Part shown: positions 61,904 to 64,000 of the stretch, piece by piece
Position numbering within the stretch: the first letter of the stretch is position 1
Layout of the letters: every line of letters starts with the position of its first letter
Assembly: GCA_964016885.1 (NCBI GenBank)
Contig: CAXHJY010000664.1
Span: 16,739-80,738 of the forward strand
DNA from: Eledone cirrhosa
Taxonomy: Eukaryota
DNA: 64,000 bases
Direction of reading: 5' to 3'
Translations under genes and position numbers: made by a program
Notes under the pieces: generated by a model
Told to the model about the DNA's origin: nothing
The model's input: the letters and a program-made list of their open reading frames with translations, nothing else
Databases searched by the model: none

Positions 61904-62129
61904 CATATATATATACATATATATACATATATATATACATATATATATGCATATATATATATATATATACATTATATACGTATATATTTACATAAGGACT
62001 ATTAAAATATAAATAAATGGTCACATACTTATGAATATTCTAATATGATTACAGCATATACATATATAGGCTTGAAATGATGATGTTCAGATGTTCAAAT
62101 GCAGTAAATAAGGAAAACACACACACACG

Positions 62130-62194
<65 letters not shown>

Positions 62195-62559
62195 CGATTT
62201 CTATTTAAATGTATGCGTTTGAAGTTTAATGCATGTATATATATATATGAAGTATATGTAAATAGAGCGGCGCTCTATAAGTGCTGTGATTCGGCTTTTA
62301 CGTTGAAATTAAATCTGGAAAATGTAGACATCTTTAGCAAACAGATGCAGACGAAGAAGCTTATTAAATTACAGTTATTTATAATGTTATAATGCTTTTC
62401 CTATAGTGTAAGTGTGTGTATGTATGTAGGTATGATTGCATGTATGTAGGTAGGTAGGTATATCTGTATATGTGTACATATGTGGAATGAAAGAGAAGGT
62501 GAGATAGCCAGCATTAAGATGTTCCGTTATTTCAATTTATGAATATATATAAGTAATTG

Positions 62560-64000
<1,441 letters not shown>

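Overview
AT-rich, repeat-dominated eukaryotic DNA, most likely intronic/intergenic sequence from a coleoid cephalopod such as Octopus (inferred from repeat style, not proven). Almost every ORF in the supplied track is a translated microsatellite and no host protein-coding gene can be confidently called. Real content: about 20 copies/fragments of a tRNA-derived SINE, a second tRNA-derived SINE, six copies of an RTE-related non-autonomous element, fragments of CR1-like, RTE, R4/Dong-like and Penelope (RT + GIY-YIG) retroelements, a Tigger/pogo derivative and a probable piggyBac MITE. The most notable signal is a dense set of type I hammerhead ribozyme (HHR) motifs: 11 with an intact catalytic core (9 also with a good stem I) and several degenerate. 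They include three ~240-280 bp fold-back modules (~23.9, ~35.0, ~54.3 kb) that encode a hammerhead on each strand; in the two related copies the arms are homogenised within each copy. A few unique islands carry transcription-factor motifs and possible short exons. All ribozyme calls are by-eye folds and have not been tested for activity.
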